Shown: positions 24,548 through 35,801, counted from the first letter of the stretch. The stretch: 64,000 nucleotides of DNA from an uncultured bacterium (GCA_965370415.1 CBDUTJ010000002.1:40477-104476), one strand, 5' to 3'. The notes: a model not told the origin generated them from the letters alone. Numbers and translations: made by a program.

Positions 24548-26400
24548 TTCCTCTCTCCATTTTTCCTGGATATTTTATTTTTCTTCAAATACACCATCAG
24601 AGATGTTACATCTGTATGATTCACACCTGAAATCCTGGAAGCTTGTCCCAGTGATGTCGGTTTTATTTTATTCAATTTTTCCCTGGCTTCATAGGCAATA
24701 GAGTCGATTTTCATATAATCGATATCTGTAGGGATGTGTGCATGCTCCATTTTCTCGAATTTGTCTATCTCTGCCAACTGGCGTTTTAGATATCCTTCAT
24801 ATTTTATTTCCAGAGTAATTCTGTTTTTTATATCTTCCGTAACATCTTTCGGAATTTTATAACCATAATTTTGCAGATCATTAAAATTTATCTCCGGTCT
24901 TTTTAAAATATTCACCAATTTTGTCGGCTCTTTCAAACCTTTCACTTTTTTTGTTTTATGTATTTTAAGGAAGTGTAATTCCCGGTCGTGGATTTGTTTC
25001 ATCTTTTGGAATTTCTGCCAACGCACATCATCTACCAAACCAAGTTTATAGCCCAGCGGCATCAATCTTTCATCAGCATTATCCTGCCGTAAATAGAGTC
25101 TGTATTCTGCGCGAGAAGTAAAAAGGCGATAAGGTTCTGTGGTGCCTTTTGTAACCAGGTCATCCAACAAAACACCAAGATAGGATCGGGAACGATCGAA
25201 AATAACAGGCTCTTTTTTAGCGAGAGAAAGCACAGCATTGATCCCGGCAGCCAACCCTTGAGCTCCTGCTTCTTCATAGCCGGAAGTTCCATTGATCTGT
25301 CCTGCCAGGTAGAGTCCTGAAATGCCTTTTGTCTCCATAGTTGCTTTGATATTATCAGGTGGAATATAATCGTATTCGATAGCGTAACCATAACGGATTA
25401 TGGTAGCTTTCTCCAAGCCGGGAATTGAATGCACAAGCTTTGCCTGCACATCGGGTGGCAGGCTGTTTGAAATACCATTTGCATACGCTTCAAAAGTTTC
25501 AGCACCCTCCGGTTCGATAAAAACATGATGTCGATCTTTTGTATGAAATTTAACAACTTTATCTTCGATAGAAGGACAGTAGCGAGGTCCAATCCCGCTG
25601 ATATATCCTCCATAAAGCGCAGATCTATTGAGGTTTGAACGAATGATCTCGTGAGTTTTCGGCGTGGTAAAAGTGAGATAACAACTCACATCGTTTTTCA
25701 GTTTAATATCGCGGTAAAAAGAGAATCCCTGTGGATCTTCATCACCGGGTTGCTCTTCTACTTTGTTCATGTTCACCGTTCGCAGATCGATTCGAGGTGG
25801 AGTTCCTGTTTTAAATCTTTCCAGCTTCAAGCCTGCTTTCAAGAGTGATTCGGAAAGCTTTACCGACGCTGGTTCACCTGCTCTGCCGGAACTGTAACTT
25901 ACATTGCCAACATGCACTTTACCACGCAGAAAAGTCCCATTTGCCAGGATAACTCTGGGCGCAAAATAAGATTCACCCAATTTGGAACGCACCCCGATAA
26001 CGCTCTTTCCATCTTTGGAAAGAAGAATATCATCAATGGTGGCTTCTTTGATATCCAGGTTGCTTTGACTTTCCAGTGTATGATGCATTACAACACCGTA
26101 ATAAGAGCGGTCATTTTGCGAACGTGGTGCCCATACTGCAGGTCCCTTTTTCTTATTCAGCATCCTGAATTGAATACCCGAAATATCTGCAGCTCTACCG
26201 ATCTCACCACCGATAGCATCCAGTTCTCTGGCCAAATGACCCTTAGCAGGTCCACCTACCGAAGGATTACAACTCATCCTGCCGATCGTCTCGATCTTAA
26301 TGACAAAAATAAGTGTTTTTGCGCCCATTCTGGCTGAAGCTAAAGCTGCTTCAATACCGGCATGTCCGGCACCAACAATTATTATATCATATTTAATCAT
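24544..26400 (-). CDS. mnmG: tRNA uridine 5-carboxymethylaminomethyl modification enzyme MnmG (GidA)
   Basis: MIKYDIIIVGAGHAGIEAA FAD motif and full-length similarity to GidA. ATG 26400 is preferred over the track TTG at 26421. Confidence 0.93.
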   Translation of the reverse strand: MIKYDIIIVGAGHAGIEAALASARMGAKTLIFVIKIETIGRMSCNPSVGGPAKGHLARELDAIGGEIGRAADISGIQFRMLNKKKGPAVWAPRSQNDRSYYGVVMHHTLESQSNLDIKEATIDDILLSKDGKSVIGVRSKLGESYFAPRVILANGTFLRGKVHVGNVSYSSGRAGEPASVKLSESLLKAGLKLERFKTGTPPRIDLRTVNMNKVEEQPGDEDPQGFSFYRDIKLKNDVSCYLTFTTPKTHEIIRSNLNRSALYGGYISGIGPRYCPSIEDKVVKFHTKDRHHVFIEPEGAETFEAYANGISNSLPPDVQAKLVHSIPGLEKATIIRYGYAIEYDYIPPDNIKATMETKGISGLYLAGQINGTSGYEEAGAQGLAAGINAVLSLAKKEPVIFDRSRSYLGVLLDDLVTKGTTEPYRLFTSRAEYRLYLRQDNADERLMPLGYKLGLVDDVRWQKFQKMKQIHDRELHFLKIHKTKKVKGLKEPTKLVNILKRPEINFNDLQNYGYKIPKDVTEDIKNRITLEIKYEGYLKRQLAEIDKFEKMEHAHIPTDIDYMKIDSIAYEAREKLNKIKPTSLGQASRISGVNHTDVTSLMVYLKKNKISRKNGERK

Positions 26401-26529
26401 AATTTCGATTACTAAATCCAATTTATTCTATCCGATGTCAAGTAGTTAGAAAATTCCCTACTTTTTAATTTGACAAAGTAGTAGATAATAAAAGTTTAGA
26501 AAAAAATTTCTTATTATTGGAGTTAATTT

Positions 26530-28053
26530 GTGACGAAAAAGGTAAAAACAGCGATTTCTCCTACGCGGGAAGAGAATTACCCTCTGTGGTATCAGCAGGT
26601 GATAAAAGCTGCCGATATGGCAGAGAATAGCGAAGTTCGTGGTTGTATGGTTATCAAGCCCTGGGGATACACGATCTGGGAAAATATTCAAAAAAATCTC
26701 GATGTGATGTTCAAGGATACAGGACACGAAAATGCTTATTTCCCTTTATTTATCCCTAAAAGTTTCTTCGAAAAAGAAGCTGAACACGTGGAAGGCTTTG
26801 CCAAAGAATGCGCTGTAGTTACTCATTCCAGACTGGAAGACGATGGGAAAGGCGGATTGAAACCTGCAGGGAAATTAACAGAAGAATTGATTGTGCGTCC
26901 TACCAGTGAAACTATTATCGGTGCATCATTTAGCAAGTGGGTGAATTCTTATCGCGATTTACCCCTTCTGATAAATCAATGGGCAAATGTAGTTCGCTGG
27001 GAAATGAGAACACGGCTTTTCCTGCGAACAACTGAATTCCTCTGGCAAGAAGGGCATACAGTTCACGAAACCAAGAAAGACGCATTGGAAGAAACTTTCA
27101 AGATGTTGAATGTTTATGCAGAGTTCGCAGAAAAATTCCTCGCTATGCCGGTAATAAAAGGTGAAAAAACCGAATGTGAAAGATTCCCAGGCGCTGTAAG
27201 CACCTTCTCCATTGAAGCAATGATGCAGGATAAAAAAGCTCTTCAATCTGGCACATCACATTTCTTAGGATTGAACTTTGCCAGAGCTTCAAATATAAAA
27301 TTCCAGAATAAAGAAGGATGTGAAGAATATGCATGGACTACCTCCTGGGGTGTTTCCACCAGGCTTATCGGTGCACTTATCATGGCACATAGCGATGATA
27401 ACGGATTAGTTCTTCCTCCCAAGATCGCACCGTTACATGTGATTATTGTTCCTATTTACCGTGATAAAAATGAACACAAAGAAGTGATGGGTTTTATCGA
27501 TCAGTTTACAGAAAGAATAAAACCGCTTCGTTTCGATGATAATAAAATCCGCGTAAAAGTGGATGATCGTGATATGCGGGGTGGAGAAAAACTGTGGGAA
27601 TGGATTAAGAAAGGTGTTCCCATTCGTTTGGAGGTCGGTCCACGTGATATCGAAAGCAATTCTGTCTTTTTGGGAAGAAGAGATAAACAGCCCAACGAAA
27701 AGCAAAGTATGAACACCGATGAATTCCTGAATAATATCACATCGATACTGGATGAAATTCAAAATAACATATTTAAAAAAGCTTTAAATTTCCAAAAAGA
27801 AAACACCATAAAAATAGATGATAAGGATAAATTCTACAATTTCTTTACTCCCAAAAATAAGAAAAATCCCGAGATCCATGGGGGGTTCGTAAACAGTCAT
27901 TGGTGCGGTAGTACAGAATGTGAAGAAAAAATTAAGAACGATTTGAAAGTAACCATTCGCTGCATTCCTCTGGATGTAAAGAATGAAAAAGGAAAGTGTA
28001 TTTACTGTGAAAAGGATAGCGATAAACGAGTTTTATTTGCAAAGGCTTATTGA
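26530..28053 (+). CDS. proS: Prolyl-tRNA synthetase (archaeal/eukaryote-like type)
   Basis: NYPLWYQQVIKAADM..RGCMVIKPWGY, class II motifs and a C-terminal Zn-like CGSTECE..C..C. GTG start. Confidence 0.92.
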   Translation: MTKKVKTAISPTREENYPLWYQQVIKAADMAENSEVRGCMVIKPWGYTIWENIQKNLDVMFKDTGHENAYFPLFIPKSFFEKEAEHVEGFAKECAVVTHSRLEDDGKGGLKPAGKLTEELIVRPTSETIIGASFSKWVNSYRDLPLLINQWANVVRWEMRTRLFLRTTEFLWQEGHTVHETKKDALEETFKMLNVYAEFAEKFLAMPVIKGEKTECERFPGAVSTFSIEAMMQDKKALQSGTSHFLGLNFARASNIKFQNKEGCEEYAWTTSWGVSTRLIGALIMAHSDDNGLVLPPKIAPLHVIIVPIYRDKNEHKEVMGFIDQFTERIKPLRFDDNKIRVKVDDRDMRGGEKLWEWIKKGVPIRLEVGPRDIESNSVFLGRRDKQPNEKQSMNTDEFLNNITSILDEIQNNIFKKALNFQKENTIKIDDKDKFYNFFTPKNKKNPEIHGGFVNSHWCGSTECEEKIKNDLKVTIRCIPLDVKNEKGKCIYCEKDSDKRVLFAKAY

Positions 28054-28838
28054 TGAAATTCTGGATTGAAGAGGGAACTACCATCTACCTTTACCAGCTT
28101 CTGAAGGGAGCTAAAGCAATAGAAAACTACAGAGATATCGAGCATAAAGTAAGCCGTGGATTCGTCTCTGTGAACGACGAATATGTTTATAAATCCCGGA
28201 TGGAAATAAAAATCGGGGATGTGGTACGATATCAGAAACATCACATCATTGTGGCAGATAGAAATCTGCGGGACAAACAAGAAGAGACAACCACAGAACT
28301 TGTGCGACATGGCAAAGTGAACAAATGGGAAACGAAACCGCTGCATATCGAGCAGGAATTAAATTCTGATATTGTGGAGATATCCAAACAACTTCATGAA
28401 AAAATCCAGCAGAGAAAATATTCTCTTTCTCTTGCCGAATCCTGTACAGGTGGAATGATCCAGCAGGTTATCACATCACATCCAGGAGCTTCCGCTTATT
28501 TTCTGGGAGGTGTAGTAGCCTACGCCAACCAAATCAAGCAATACATCCTGAATGTTTCAGAAAAGACACTGGAAAAACATGGTTCTGTCAGCAAAGAAAC
28601 CGTCATTGCGATGGTAAAAGGGATTCAGACTATGTTCCAATCTAATTGTGCCTGCGCCATCACCGGTATTGCCGGACCAGATGGTGGAACTAAAGAAAAA
28701 CCAGTAGGAACAGTTCATATAGCAGTGTACAGTAAAAAAAAAGTGATCCATCATAAATACATTTTTTCAGGTAACAGGGAGATCATCCGAAAAAAAGCAG
28801 CAGTTAATGCTTTGAAAATGCTGGTGGAAAATTTATAA
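28050..28838 (+). CDS. YbcJ-type S4-like RNA-binding domain fused to a CinA C-terminal / PncC-like nicotinamide-nucleotide amidase domain
   Basis: The N-terminus reads IYLYQLLKGAKAI..VSRGFVSVNDEYVYKSRMEIKIGDVV (S4-like). The C-terminus reads LSLAESCTGGMIQQ..GGVVAY..ITGIAGPDGG..KPVGTVHIAV (CinA-C). The start overlaps the proS stop (ATGA). Confidence 0.75.
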   Translation: MMKFWIEEGTTIYLYQLLKGAKAIENYRDIEHKVSRGFVSVNDEYVYKSRMEIKIGDVVRYQKHHIIVADRNLRDKQEETTTELVRHGKVNKWETKPLHIEQELNSDIVEISKQLHEKIQQRKYSLSLAESCTGGMIQQVITSHPGASAYFLGGVVAYANQIKQYILNVSEKTLEKHGSVSKETVIAMVKGIQTMFQSNCACAITGIAGPDGGTKEKPVGTVHIAVYSKKKVIHHKYIFSGNREIIRKKAAVNALKMLVENL

Positions 28839-28897
28839 TACTTGTCAAAATATCATTATCTTTAATAAGTTTGTTTGCAAATAATATGGAGAATTAA

Positions 28898-31800
28898 ATG
28901 TCGAGTAAGTTTTTAGTACTTATTATTGTTTTGCTACCTGTTTTTTTAGGTGCGGAAACATTTCAGGTTCTAAGCCAGAATGAAGATGAGCTTATTGTTA
29001 AATTCACTTTGCCCGAATTCGAACTGCAAAATATTAAGAGCAAAAATGGAAGTTATCATCAAATTGTTTGTGAAGGTGCTATAACATTAACGCGGGCAGG
29101 ATATCCTCAGCTTCCTTTTTTTACAGAGATCGTGGGACTTCCGGTGGATGGAAATATCGATATCCAGATTATAGAGAAACAACAGCAATCAGATAAGAAT
29201 ATAAACATATATCCGGTTGAAAAACTTATCGAAAATGATAAAAACGTGCACTACAAATTCTATAAAAATAAAAAAGCATACAATTCATCTAAGAATTATC
29301 CTGCTAAATTATTGGAAAAAGGAAAAAAGGCCTTCCTGAGAGATAGAAATTTTACCGGTTTCCGCGTAAACCCGTTCCAATATAAAGCTGCTTCAAAAGA
29401 GTTGTTAATCACAAAAGAAATTACATTTCGCATAATCATCTATGGTAATAAAACCGCCAGTAGAAATTATCTTACCAGCAGTAATTTCATCGATAAAATA
29501 GGAGATTCATTTTTCCTGAATAATGAATTTTCACGCAAGTGGCGGAAAGAAAAAGAAAAAGCAAATTATTACCCTCCTCGTGAGAGTGATCTTGTAAATG
29601 AAATCCAATTCATTGTAGATAAGGAAGGCATATATAAAATCTCCTATGAATATTTAATTGAGACACTGGCAGACCCGGAATTTCCATATGAATTTGAAAT
29701 GGCTTTCGATTGGGATGAGATCGACCCGCATTACCTGGAGCTTTCTGATGAGAACGGACCAGTTCCCATTCACTTTGTAGGAGAAAATGACAATTCTTTC
29801 GATCCCGGAGATTACTTTGAATTCTTTGGAGAAAAGCATTATGGTGAAAATAGTTATTATGATGATTACACTTCAGAAAATGTGTATTCACTTTCTTTAA
29901 CAAGCTATCCCGGCAGCAGGATGGCAGTAGAGAATGGTGGACTGGGCAATATTAATGCGAATCAATTTACCATCCCGGAATCGTATCAGCATATAGTTCA
30001 TTTTGAAGAGCAGAATTCTATCGATTATTTAGGAGCACAATACACTCATAATTCAACAGATTTTTACAGGGAAGACATCTGGTTCTGGGATAAAATATAC
30101 GCTCCCAGTTTAGAGTTGTTCCCATTCGAATTGCAATTTCCGCATCAAACTTCGATCAAACCTTTTACCTCCAGAATTTGCTTGTTCAGTTCCACTTTCA
30201 ACAAGGATAATTATACTCAGATCAATCACAGCGCCCAGGTGAATATAAACTCCTCACTCATCGATCAACAGGAATGGTATGGGCAAACAGAAGTTATTTT
30301 TGAGAATATCGATAATCCTCTTCCAAATGATTATCTGGCTCATGGCAATAATAACCTTTATATTAACCTGCCCGGACTGCCAAATATACTATACGAAACC
30401 GTAATGCTCGATTATTTCGAAGTTACATACTGGCGCGAATACAAAACCGATACGGATTATATCAGGTTCACTAAACCGCAAAATAAACCACTGGGACTCT
30501 TCCAATTTGAAATTGATAATTTTTCTAACGAACAGATCTCTGTTTATAAAATTGGAACCAGCTATATAGAAAATGTTCAAATAAAACCATTTTCTATGGC
30601 TGGAGGTGCACCTTTCCAGGCAGCTTTTCAGGACAGCTTATTTTCTCACACTACCGAATATATTGCTTTAACAGAAGATCAAAAACTGCTTCCTAAAACG
30701 ATCAGACCAAATATTCCATCTAATTTGATGGATCCCTTCAATGCCATAAATTATATAATAATTACTGTGCAGGAATTTGTTGAGAACGAAGCAGTACTGC
30801 AACTTGAACAAACCTGGGAAAGTCAGGGAAACTCTGTGATGATAGTTAGCCTGCAGGATATTTTTGATGAATTCAATCATGGCATACGATCTGCTGATGC
30901 AATAAAAGAATTCCTGAGTTATGCTTATAATAATTGGTCGTATCCTGAGTTGTCACATGTGCTATTATTAGGTGATGGTATCACAGATGAGCGGGATAAC
31001 AGCCCTAACAGACCATATAATCTTATTCCTTTCAGAAATGTATGGGCTCATGAAAGGGGAGCAATAGCCAGTGATAACTGGATGGCATGCATTGTGGGAG
31101 ATGATTCTGTTGCCGATATCAGTATCAGCAGAATAAGTATCTGGGAAGAAGAACAGATTGCCGATGTGGTGGAAAAAACAGTTTATTATATAGAAAACCC
31201 AAACTTTGAAGACCTCTGGCATAGTCATGTTACGCTGGCAGCAGGTGGTAATCCCAGTGATGGGTCAGACTTTGCCAAACAAAGCGAACGGATCAGGAAT
31301 GCCTGGATCCCTCAAGATTATAATGTATCACGGGTTTACTGCAATACTGAAGGAATGCCTGGGTCCTATGCTGGAAATACCACAACTTTGATCAGTAATA
31401 TTAATGACGGTACGATATACCTGCAATTTATGGGACATGGTGGTGGTCAAGTTTGGGCTGATTACAATTTATTGAACCAGGCAGATATAACCACCTTCAA
31501 CAATGAGAATTACCCGTTTGTTGCCAGTTTATCCTGTTATGCTTCTGCTTTCAATAATCCGCAGAGTTCATGTATTGGCCAAGAATTAATTCTTATACCA
31601 GGAAAAGGAGCGATCGCTCATGTAGGTTTTACAGGTTATGGTTATAAAACGGCTGATGAATATTTTGGTAAATGCCTTACGGAAGGAATTTTCGATAAAC
31701 AGATAGGAACTATAGGCGAGATAATTGATTTTACAAAAGCCAAAATTTATGCTGCTTATTATAATGACCCTCAAGAGAATGCCCTTATTCATGGCTGTGC

Positions 31801-33907
31801 TCTTTTGGGTGACCCAATGATACACCTTATCTTACCGCAGGATCGCAAACAGGTAAATTTGAATAAATATAACTTCACCGAAGGCGATACACTTGTTATG
31901 ACTTCGGATGTAGGTCCTTATATTGAAGAGGGGAAATTTGTTATTTTTGATGATGATGATGCACAACTTCCCTTAGATGAATACTATCCAATTGTTTTCC
32001 CAGCAATTAACGATACATTAACTTCATCCGACTTTATTATTCCAGCCAGTTTGAATACTATCTATTCCCGGAAAGTTAAGGTTTTTGCATATGGAGATGA
32101 CAGGGAAATTACCGGAATGACAAATTACGCTGTAGGTCAGGCTGCAGTGGTAAACTTGCAGATCACTCCCCCACAACCCACCGAAAATGATTCCATATAT
32201 ATCAGTGCAGATTTTTTCGACGAGGATGGCATCGATAGCATTCTTTGTCGTATCGATTATGATATTCAAATGATCAATGTAGAAAATTCAAGATATCAAT
32301 TATCTCAGGCAATCCCACCTCATAATACGGGTACCAATATCAGTTTTCATTTCAGAATATTTGATGCAATAGGCGATTCCACAATAACAAGTCCACAGAT
32401 AATTACCATAGCCGGACCAGATCTTATGTTACAACATTTTGAACTTACAGAATATAATTTCCTGCCTGCTGTGAAAGTTCTGGTTCAAAATTCAGGATCA
32501 ATACCTTCCCTTACCTGTAATTTGAAATTATTCGATAATACTGCAACACCGCATATTCCCACTTTAATGGCTACGAAACAGATCGAACCTTTGGAAGTAC
32601 TTGAATCACGTTGGGAATATATTGAATTGCCATTATTAAATTCATTGATACAATTCAAAACTGTTGTTAATGAAAATGGAGAATCTTTTTCCGAATTGAA
32701 TATTTTAAATAACACTATCCATTCTGATTTGTACGAAATCAATATGTTCGAAGCAGGTACAATGACCGTGATTGCCCAAAGCCTGGATGGTAATCTGGAG
32801 TGTGAATTCCCTGCTGATTTACTATCATCTAATACTGTCTTCTATATCAATTCCAGTAATTTTGAAGAACCTCTCAACCAGCCGGATATTAACACAATCT
32901 GCTTGAATGACAGCATCTTTTCTGCCATTTATGAAATTGGAGTTTTAAATCAAAGTCTGCTGGCAGACTCGCTGGGTCATTTTCCAGATAACAAAAAAAT
33001 AACTCTGACATTTTATTACAGTAACGTAGATTCTCTTACTCAGATCATGGAACTGGAAAACAATTTCTTTGTTTATCGCTGGGAAGATACTTATCGGAAA
33101 TGGGTTTACAGCGGTGGTGAAATGGACCATGAGAATAACACCGTAATCTATGAAACAAACAGGATCGGAACATATACCATCCTGCAGAATAATGACCAGA
33201 CTGCACCTTACATAGAAGCAAATGTAGAAGGACAGGAATTTACCCAGGGACAGGCTACAACCCAGGGACAGGAATTTACCCATGGCGGTTATATTTCCAG
33301 GAATGGAACAATCTCATTCCTGCTTTTAGATTCTAACGGAATTGATGTATTTAATAGAAATATATATATCTATTTATCGGATGGAGTAAATATCAATGAA
33401 ATTGAGCGTAGTGAATATGCGATTACACTGGGAATAGGAAACCTGATTCAGGTTCCCATGAAATACCAACTGGATAATCTGGAAAAGGGAACTTATTATC
33501 TTACATTGGATTGTTACGATGTTAACGGAAATCCGCGTAGCATGGGTATTGAATTTGATGTAAGCACTCAATTTGACATCATCAATGTAGCAAACTATCC
33601 CAACCCGGTTAAAACCATCACAACTAGTTATGAGAATTCTGCCAGGACCAGATTCACTTATGTGCTTACTGATGATGCGGACAAGGTAACATTGAAGATA
33701 TACACTGTAAGCGGTAGATTAATACAGACTTTTAAGGATCTCCCAACCTCTGTAGGTTACCATGAATATCCACGCAGCGTTCTGGGCTGGGATTGCCGGG
33801 ATAAAGATGGTTACTTCTTGGCTAATGGAGTTTATTTCTATCGAATCGTTGCCAAAAAGGGTAGTAAAAAAGTAGAAATAATACAGAAAATGGCTATTTT
33901 AAAGTAG
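28898..33907 (+). CDS. porU: Peptidase C25 (gingipain-like) family protein, PorU-like T9SS C-terminal signal peptidase candidate, with T9SS-type C-terminal sorting domain
   Basis: Signal peptide present. The C25 His/Cys context is FMGHGGGQVW...VASLSCYASAF. The C-terminus NYPNPV..LKIYTVSGRLI..WDCRDKDG..ANGVYFYRIVA..KMAILK matches the T9SS/FlgD-Ig-like CTD pattern. A PorV-like gene follows directly, as in Bacteroidota. Confidence 0.7.
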   Translation: MSSKFLVLIIVLLPVFLGAETFQVLSQNEDELIVKFTLPEFELQNIKSKNGSYHQIVCEGAITLTRAGYPQLPFFTEIVGLPVDGNIDIQIIEKQQQSDKNINIYPVEKLIENDKNVHYKFYKNKKAYNSSKNYPAKLLEKGKKAFLRDRNFTGFRVNPFQYKAASKELLITKEITFRIIIYGNKTASRNYLTSSNFIDKIGDSFFLNNEFSRKWRKEKEKANYYPPRESDLVNEIQFIVDKEGIYKISYEYLIETLADPEFPYEFEMAFDWDEIDPHYLELSDENGPVPIHFVGENDNSFDPGDYFEFFGEKHYGENSYYDDYTSENVYSLSLTSYPGSRMAVENGGLGNINANQFTIPESYQHIVHFEEQNSIDYLGAQYTHNSTDFYREDIWFWDKIYAPSLELFPFELQFPHQTSIKPFTSRICLFSSTFNKDNYTQINHSAQVNINSSLIDQQEWYGQTEVIFENIDNPLPNDYLAHGNNNLYINLPGLPNILYETVMLDYFEVTYWREYKTDTDYIRFTKPQNKPLGLFQFEIDNFSNEQISVYKIGTSYIENVQIKPFSMAGGAPFQAAFQDSLFSHTTEYIALTEDQKLLPKTIRPNIPSNLMDPFNAINYIIITVQEFVENEAVLQLEQTWESQGNSVMIVSLQDIFDEFNHGIRSADAIKEFLSYAYNNWSYPELSHVLLLGDGITDERDNSPNRPYNLIPFRNVWAHERGAIASDNWMACIVGDDSVADISISRISIWEEEQIADVVEKTVYYIENPNFEDLWHSHVTLAAGGNPSDGSDFAKQSERIRNAWIPQDYNVSRVYCNTEGMPGSYAGNTTTLISNINDGTIYLQFMGHGGGQVWADYNLLNQADITTFNNENYPFVASLSCYASAFNNPQSSCIGQELILIPGKGAIAHVGFTGYGYKTADEYFGKCLTEGIFDKQIGTIGEIIDFTKAKIYAAYYNDPQENALIHGCALLGDPMIHLILPQDRKQVNLNKYNFTEGDTLVMTSDVGPYIEEGKFVIFDDDDAQLPLDEYYPIVFPAINDTLTSSDFIIPASLNTIYSRKVKVFAYGDDREITGMTNYAVGQAAVVNLQITPPQPTENDSIYISADFFDEDGIDSILCRIDYDIQMINVENSRYQLSQAIPPHNTGTNISFHFRIFDAIGDSTITSPQIITIAGPDLMLQHFELTEYNFLPAVKVLVQNSGSIPSLTCNLKLFDNTATPHIPTLMATKQIEPLEVLESRWEYIELPLLNSLIQFKTVVNENGESFSELNILNNTIHSDLYEINMFEAGTMTVIAQSLDGNLECEFPADLLSSNTVFYINSSNFEEPLNQPDINTICLNDSIFSAIYEIGVLNQSLLADSLGHFPDNKKITLTFYYSNVDSLTQIMELENNFFVYRWEDTYRKWVYSGGEMDHENNTVIYETNRIGTYTILQNNDQTAPYIEANVEGQEFTQGQATTQGQEFTHGGYISRNGTISFLLLDSNGIDVFNRNIYIYLSDGVNINEIERSEYAITLGIGNLIQVPMKYQLDNLEKGTYYLTLDCYDVNGNPRSMGIEFDVSTQFDIINVANYPNPVKTITTSYENSARTRFTYVLTDDADKVTLKIYTVSGRLIQTFKDLPTSVGYHEYPRSVLGWDCRDKDGYFLANGVYFYRIVAKKGSKKVEIIQKMAILK

Positions 33908-33913
33908 GTTTAT

Positions 33914-34930
33914 ATGATCAAGAAAATAATTTTGATAACCTGTTTGATCATCTCATCGGTCTATGCATTTGCCGACAGGTATGCAGGTGATTTCATGGTG
34001 ATAGGAGCAGGTGTTCGTTCTTCCGGAATGGGAGGAGCGTTTTCTGCCATTGCAGATGATGGTTCTGCAATATATTGGAATGCATCGGGAATAGCACAAA
34101 TGAGAAAATCGGAAATTGGTGTGATGAGAGCATTTTTATACAAAGATCTGGCAACTTATGACAACTTTACATATTGCCAGCCACTGCCAAATGAAGTTAC
34201 TATCGGTTTCAATTGGACTCGACTTTCTATCGATGATATTCCCGTTTTCCTGGAAGAGCACCTGGTTTATAATGTAGATTACCGCTCATCTTATCACGAA
34301 TATAATCTATCGGCAATTCCGGATGGAAAAATATCCAGTACAGACGATCTTTATCAATTTGCTTTTGCCAAACATGCGCAATATAATTTGAATCTGGGTT
34401 GGCTCTTTTTCGAGATCCCTTTTGATATCTACCTGGGTGGTAACATCAAATATATTAAAAGAAAAATTGATACAAGTATTGGAAATGGAACAGGTTTTGA
34501 TTTTTCCTTTATTTCCAGAACAAAACTTTCTGTACTTTTCGAACAGGATTGGCTGGGAGATTTTTCCTTTGGGGTTAACTTCCAGGATGTAGGTGGTACT
34601 TCCATTACCTGGAATGTAGAAGATGATAATTCAGATCATACTGACGAGGTTATGATGAACAGCAAGCTGGGAATGGCTTTTCACCAACCGTTGGATTTCA
34701 TAAATTCTTCATTCGTGCTCTCAAGAGATATTGATTATATTTATGATATTATATATCATTATGGATTTGAATATAGTTACAAAGAACTGCTTGGTTTCAG
34801 GTTGGGATATAACGATACAGATTTTTCTACCGGACTTAGTTTGAAACTATACGATTTTACTTTAGATTATGCATTCATCACCAGTGTGCTTGCCAATACA
34901 AATCGTATTGGATTAAGATTTAATTTCTAA
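33914..34930 (+). CDS. porV: PorV/PorQ-family outer-membrane beta-barrel protein
   Basis: Signal peptide, then the motif GDFMVIGAGVRSSGMGGAFSA. Alternating beta-strand pattern ending in an aromatic residue (RFNF). It lies 7 nt downstream of the porU-like gene. Confidence 0.6.
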   Translation: MIKKIILITCLIISSVYAFADRYAGDFMVIGAGVRSSGMGGAFSAIADDGSAIYWNASGIAQMRKSEIGVMRAFLYKDLATYDNFTYCQPLPNEVTIGFNWTRLSIDDIPVFLEEHLVYNVDYRSSYHEYNLSAIPDGKISSTDDLYQFAFAKHAQYNLNLGWLFFEIPFDIYLGGNIKYIKRKIDTSIGNGTGFDFSFISRTKLSVLFEQDWLGDFSFGVNFQDVGGTSITWNVEDDNSDHTDEVMMNSKLGMAFHQPLDFINSSFVLSRDIDYIYDIIYHYGFEYSYKELLGFRLGYNDTDFSTGLSLKLYDFTLDYAFITSVLANTNRIGLRFNF

Positions 34931-34941
34931 GCGAGGAAATT

Positions 34942-35745
34942 ATGAAAAAGATATTTTTACTACCGATAATTGTGATCTTACTTATGAGTTGTACAGGAAA
35001 AGAAAGTCTGGGTGTGGATTCTACTCCTCCCGAACCTCCGGAATTAATACCTCACCTGGGTGATACAGGCGATGATGGTGATGAGTTTATATTTGGAGCA
35101 AATTATTACAATACGAATGATCCGGAGCTTGAAAATAACGGTATCGATGCTGTTCCCGGAGGTAACCAGATGCAGATCCAATGGCTCAATATTACAGATT
35201 CCGATATCGATTACCTGGAAATTTTCAGATTCAGTGCAACAGATTATTTTAATGATAGTTTGCATTTTATTGAAAAAATAGATTCGGTTGATTACGATAA
35301 TCAATCTATCTATCAGGATGTGACTGCACCTGTAGATTATAATCTATTCTACTTTATAAAAGCAGTAGATGAAGCTGGTAATTCCACACCTTCCGATACT
35401 GTGGGATATAAACTGATACATAAACCTTCTCTTATACAACCCTCATATGGTGAATCTTTCCCAAATGTTTATAATATAACGTTCAAATGGTTTGGCGATA
35501 CCGGTTTATTGTATCGTTTACTAGTTTTTGATATAGACCGGAACCCTCTCTGGCAATGGACGCCACTTGATTTCGACTCGCTTGAAACACAATATCTGGG
35601 ACCTGCAATCATTCCACCGGATACTTTAATCTGGCGTGTGGATGTATTCGGGCAATCCGGGGTTCTACATACAATCGAAGGAAATGATTATTACATCGAT
35701 TCAGGAGCAGAATCAGAGGAAAGATATATATATATTACTGAATAA
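34942..35745 (+). CDS. Lipoprotein with FN3-like domain
   Basis: Lipobox LLMSCTG. FN3-like segment MQIQWLNI..YLEIFRFS..LFYFIKAVDEAGN. Confidence 0.6.
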   Translation: MKKIFLLPIIVILLMSCTGKESLGVDSTPPEPPELIPHLGDTGDDGDEFIFGANYYNTNDPELENNGIDAVPGGNQMQIQWLNITDSDIDYLEIFRFSATDYFNDSLHFIEKIDSVDYDNQSIYQDVTAPVDYNLFYFIKAVDEAGNSTPSDTVGYKLIHKPSLIQPSYGESFPNVYNITFKWFGDTGLLYRLLVFDIDRNPLWQWTPLDFDSLETQYLGPAIIPPDTLIWRVDVFGQSGVLHTIEGNDYYIDSGAESEERYIYITE

Positions 35746-35801
35746 GGAATTCCTTGACTCAGTAATATCAAATAAATATTTGGAAAATTCAAGGAGCATA
35801 A

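Noticed and set aside
33228-33285. 18-nt triplicated repeat GQEFTQ / GQATTQ / GQEFTH inside the PorU-like gene
   Set aside because: It is a short in-frame low-complexity duplication in a linker, with no evidence of function.
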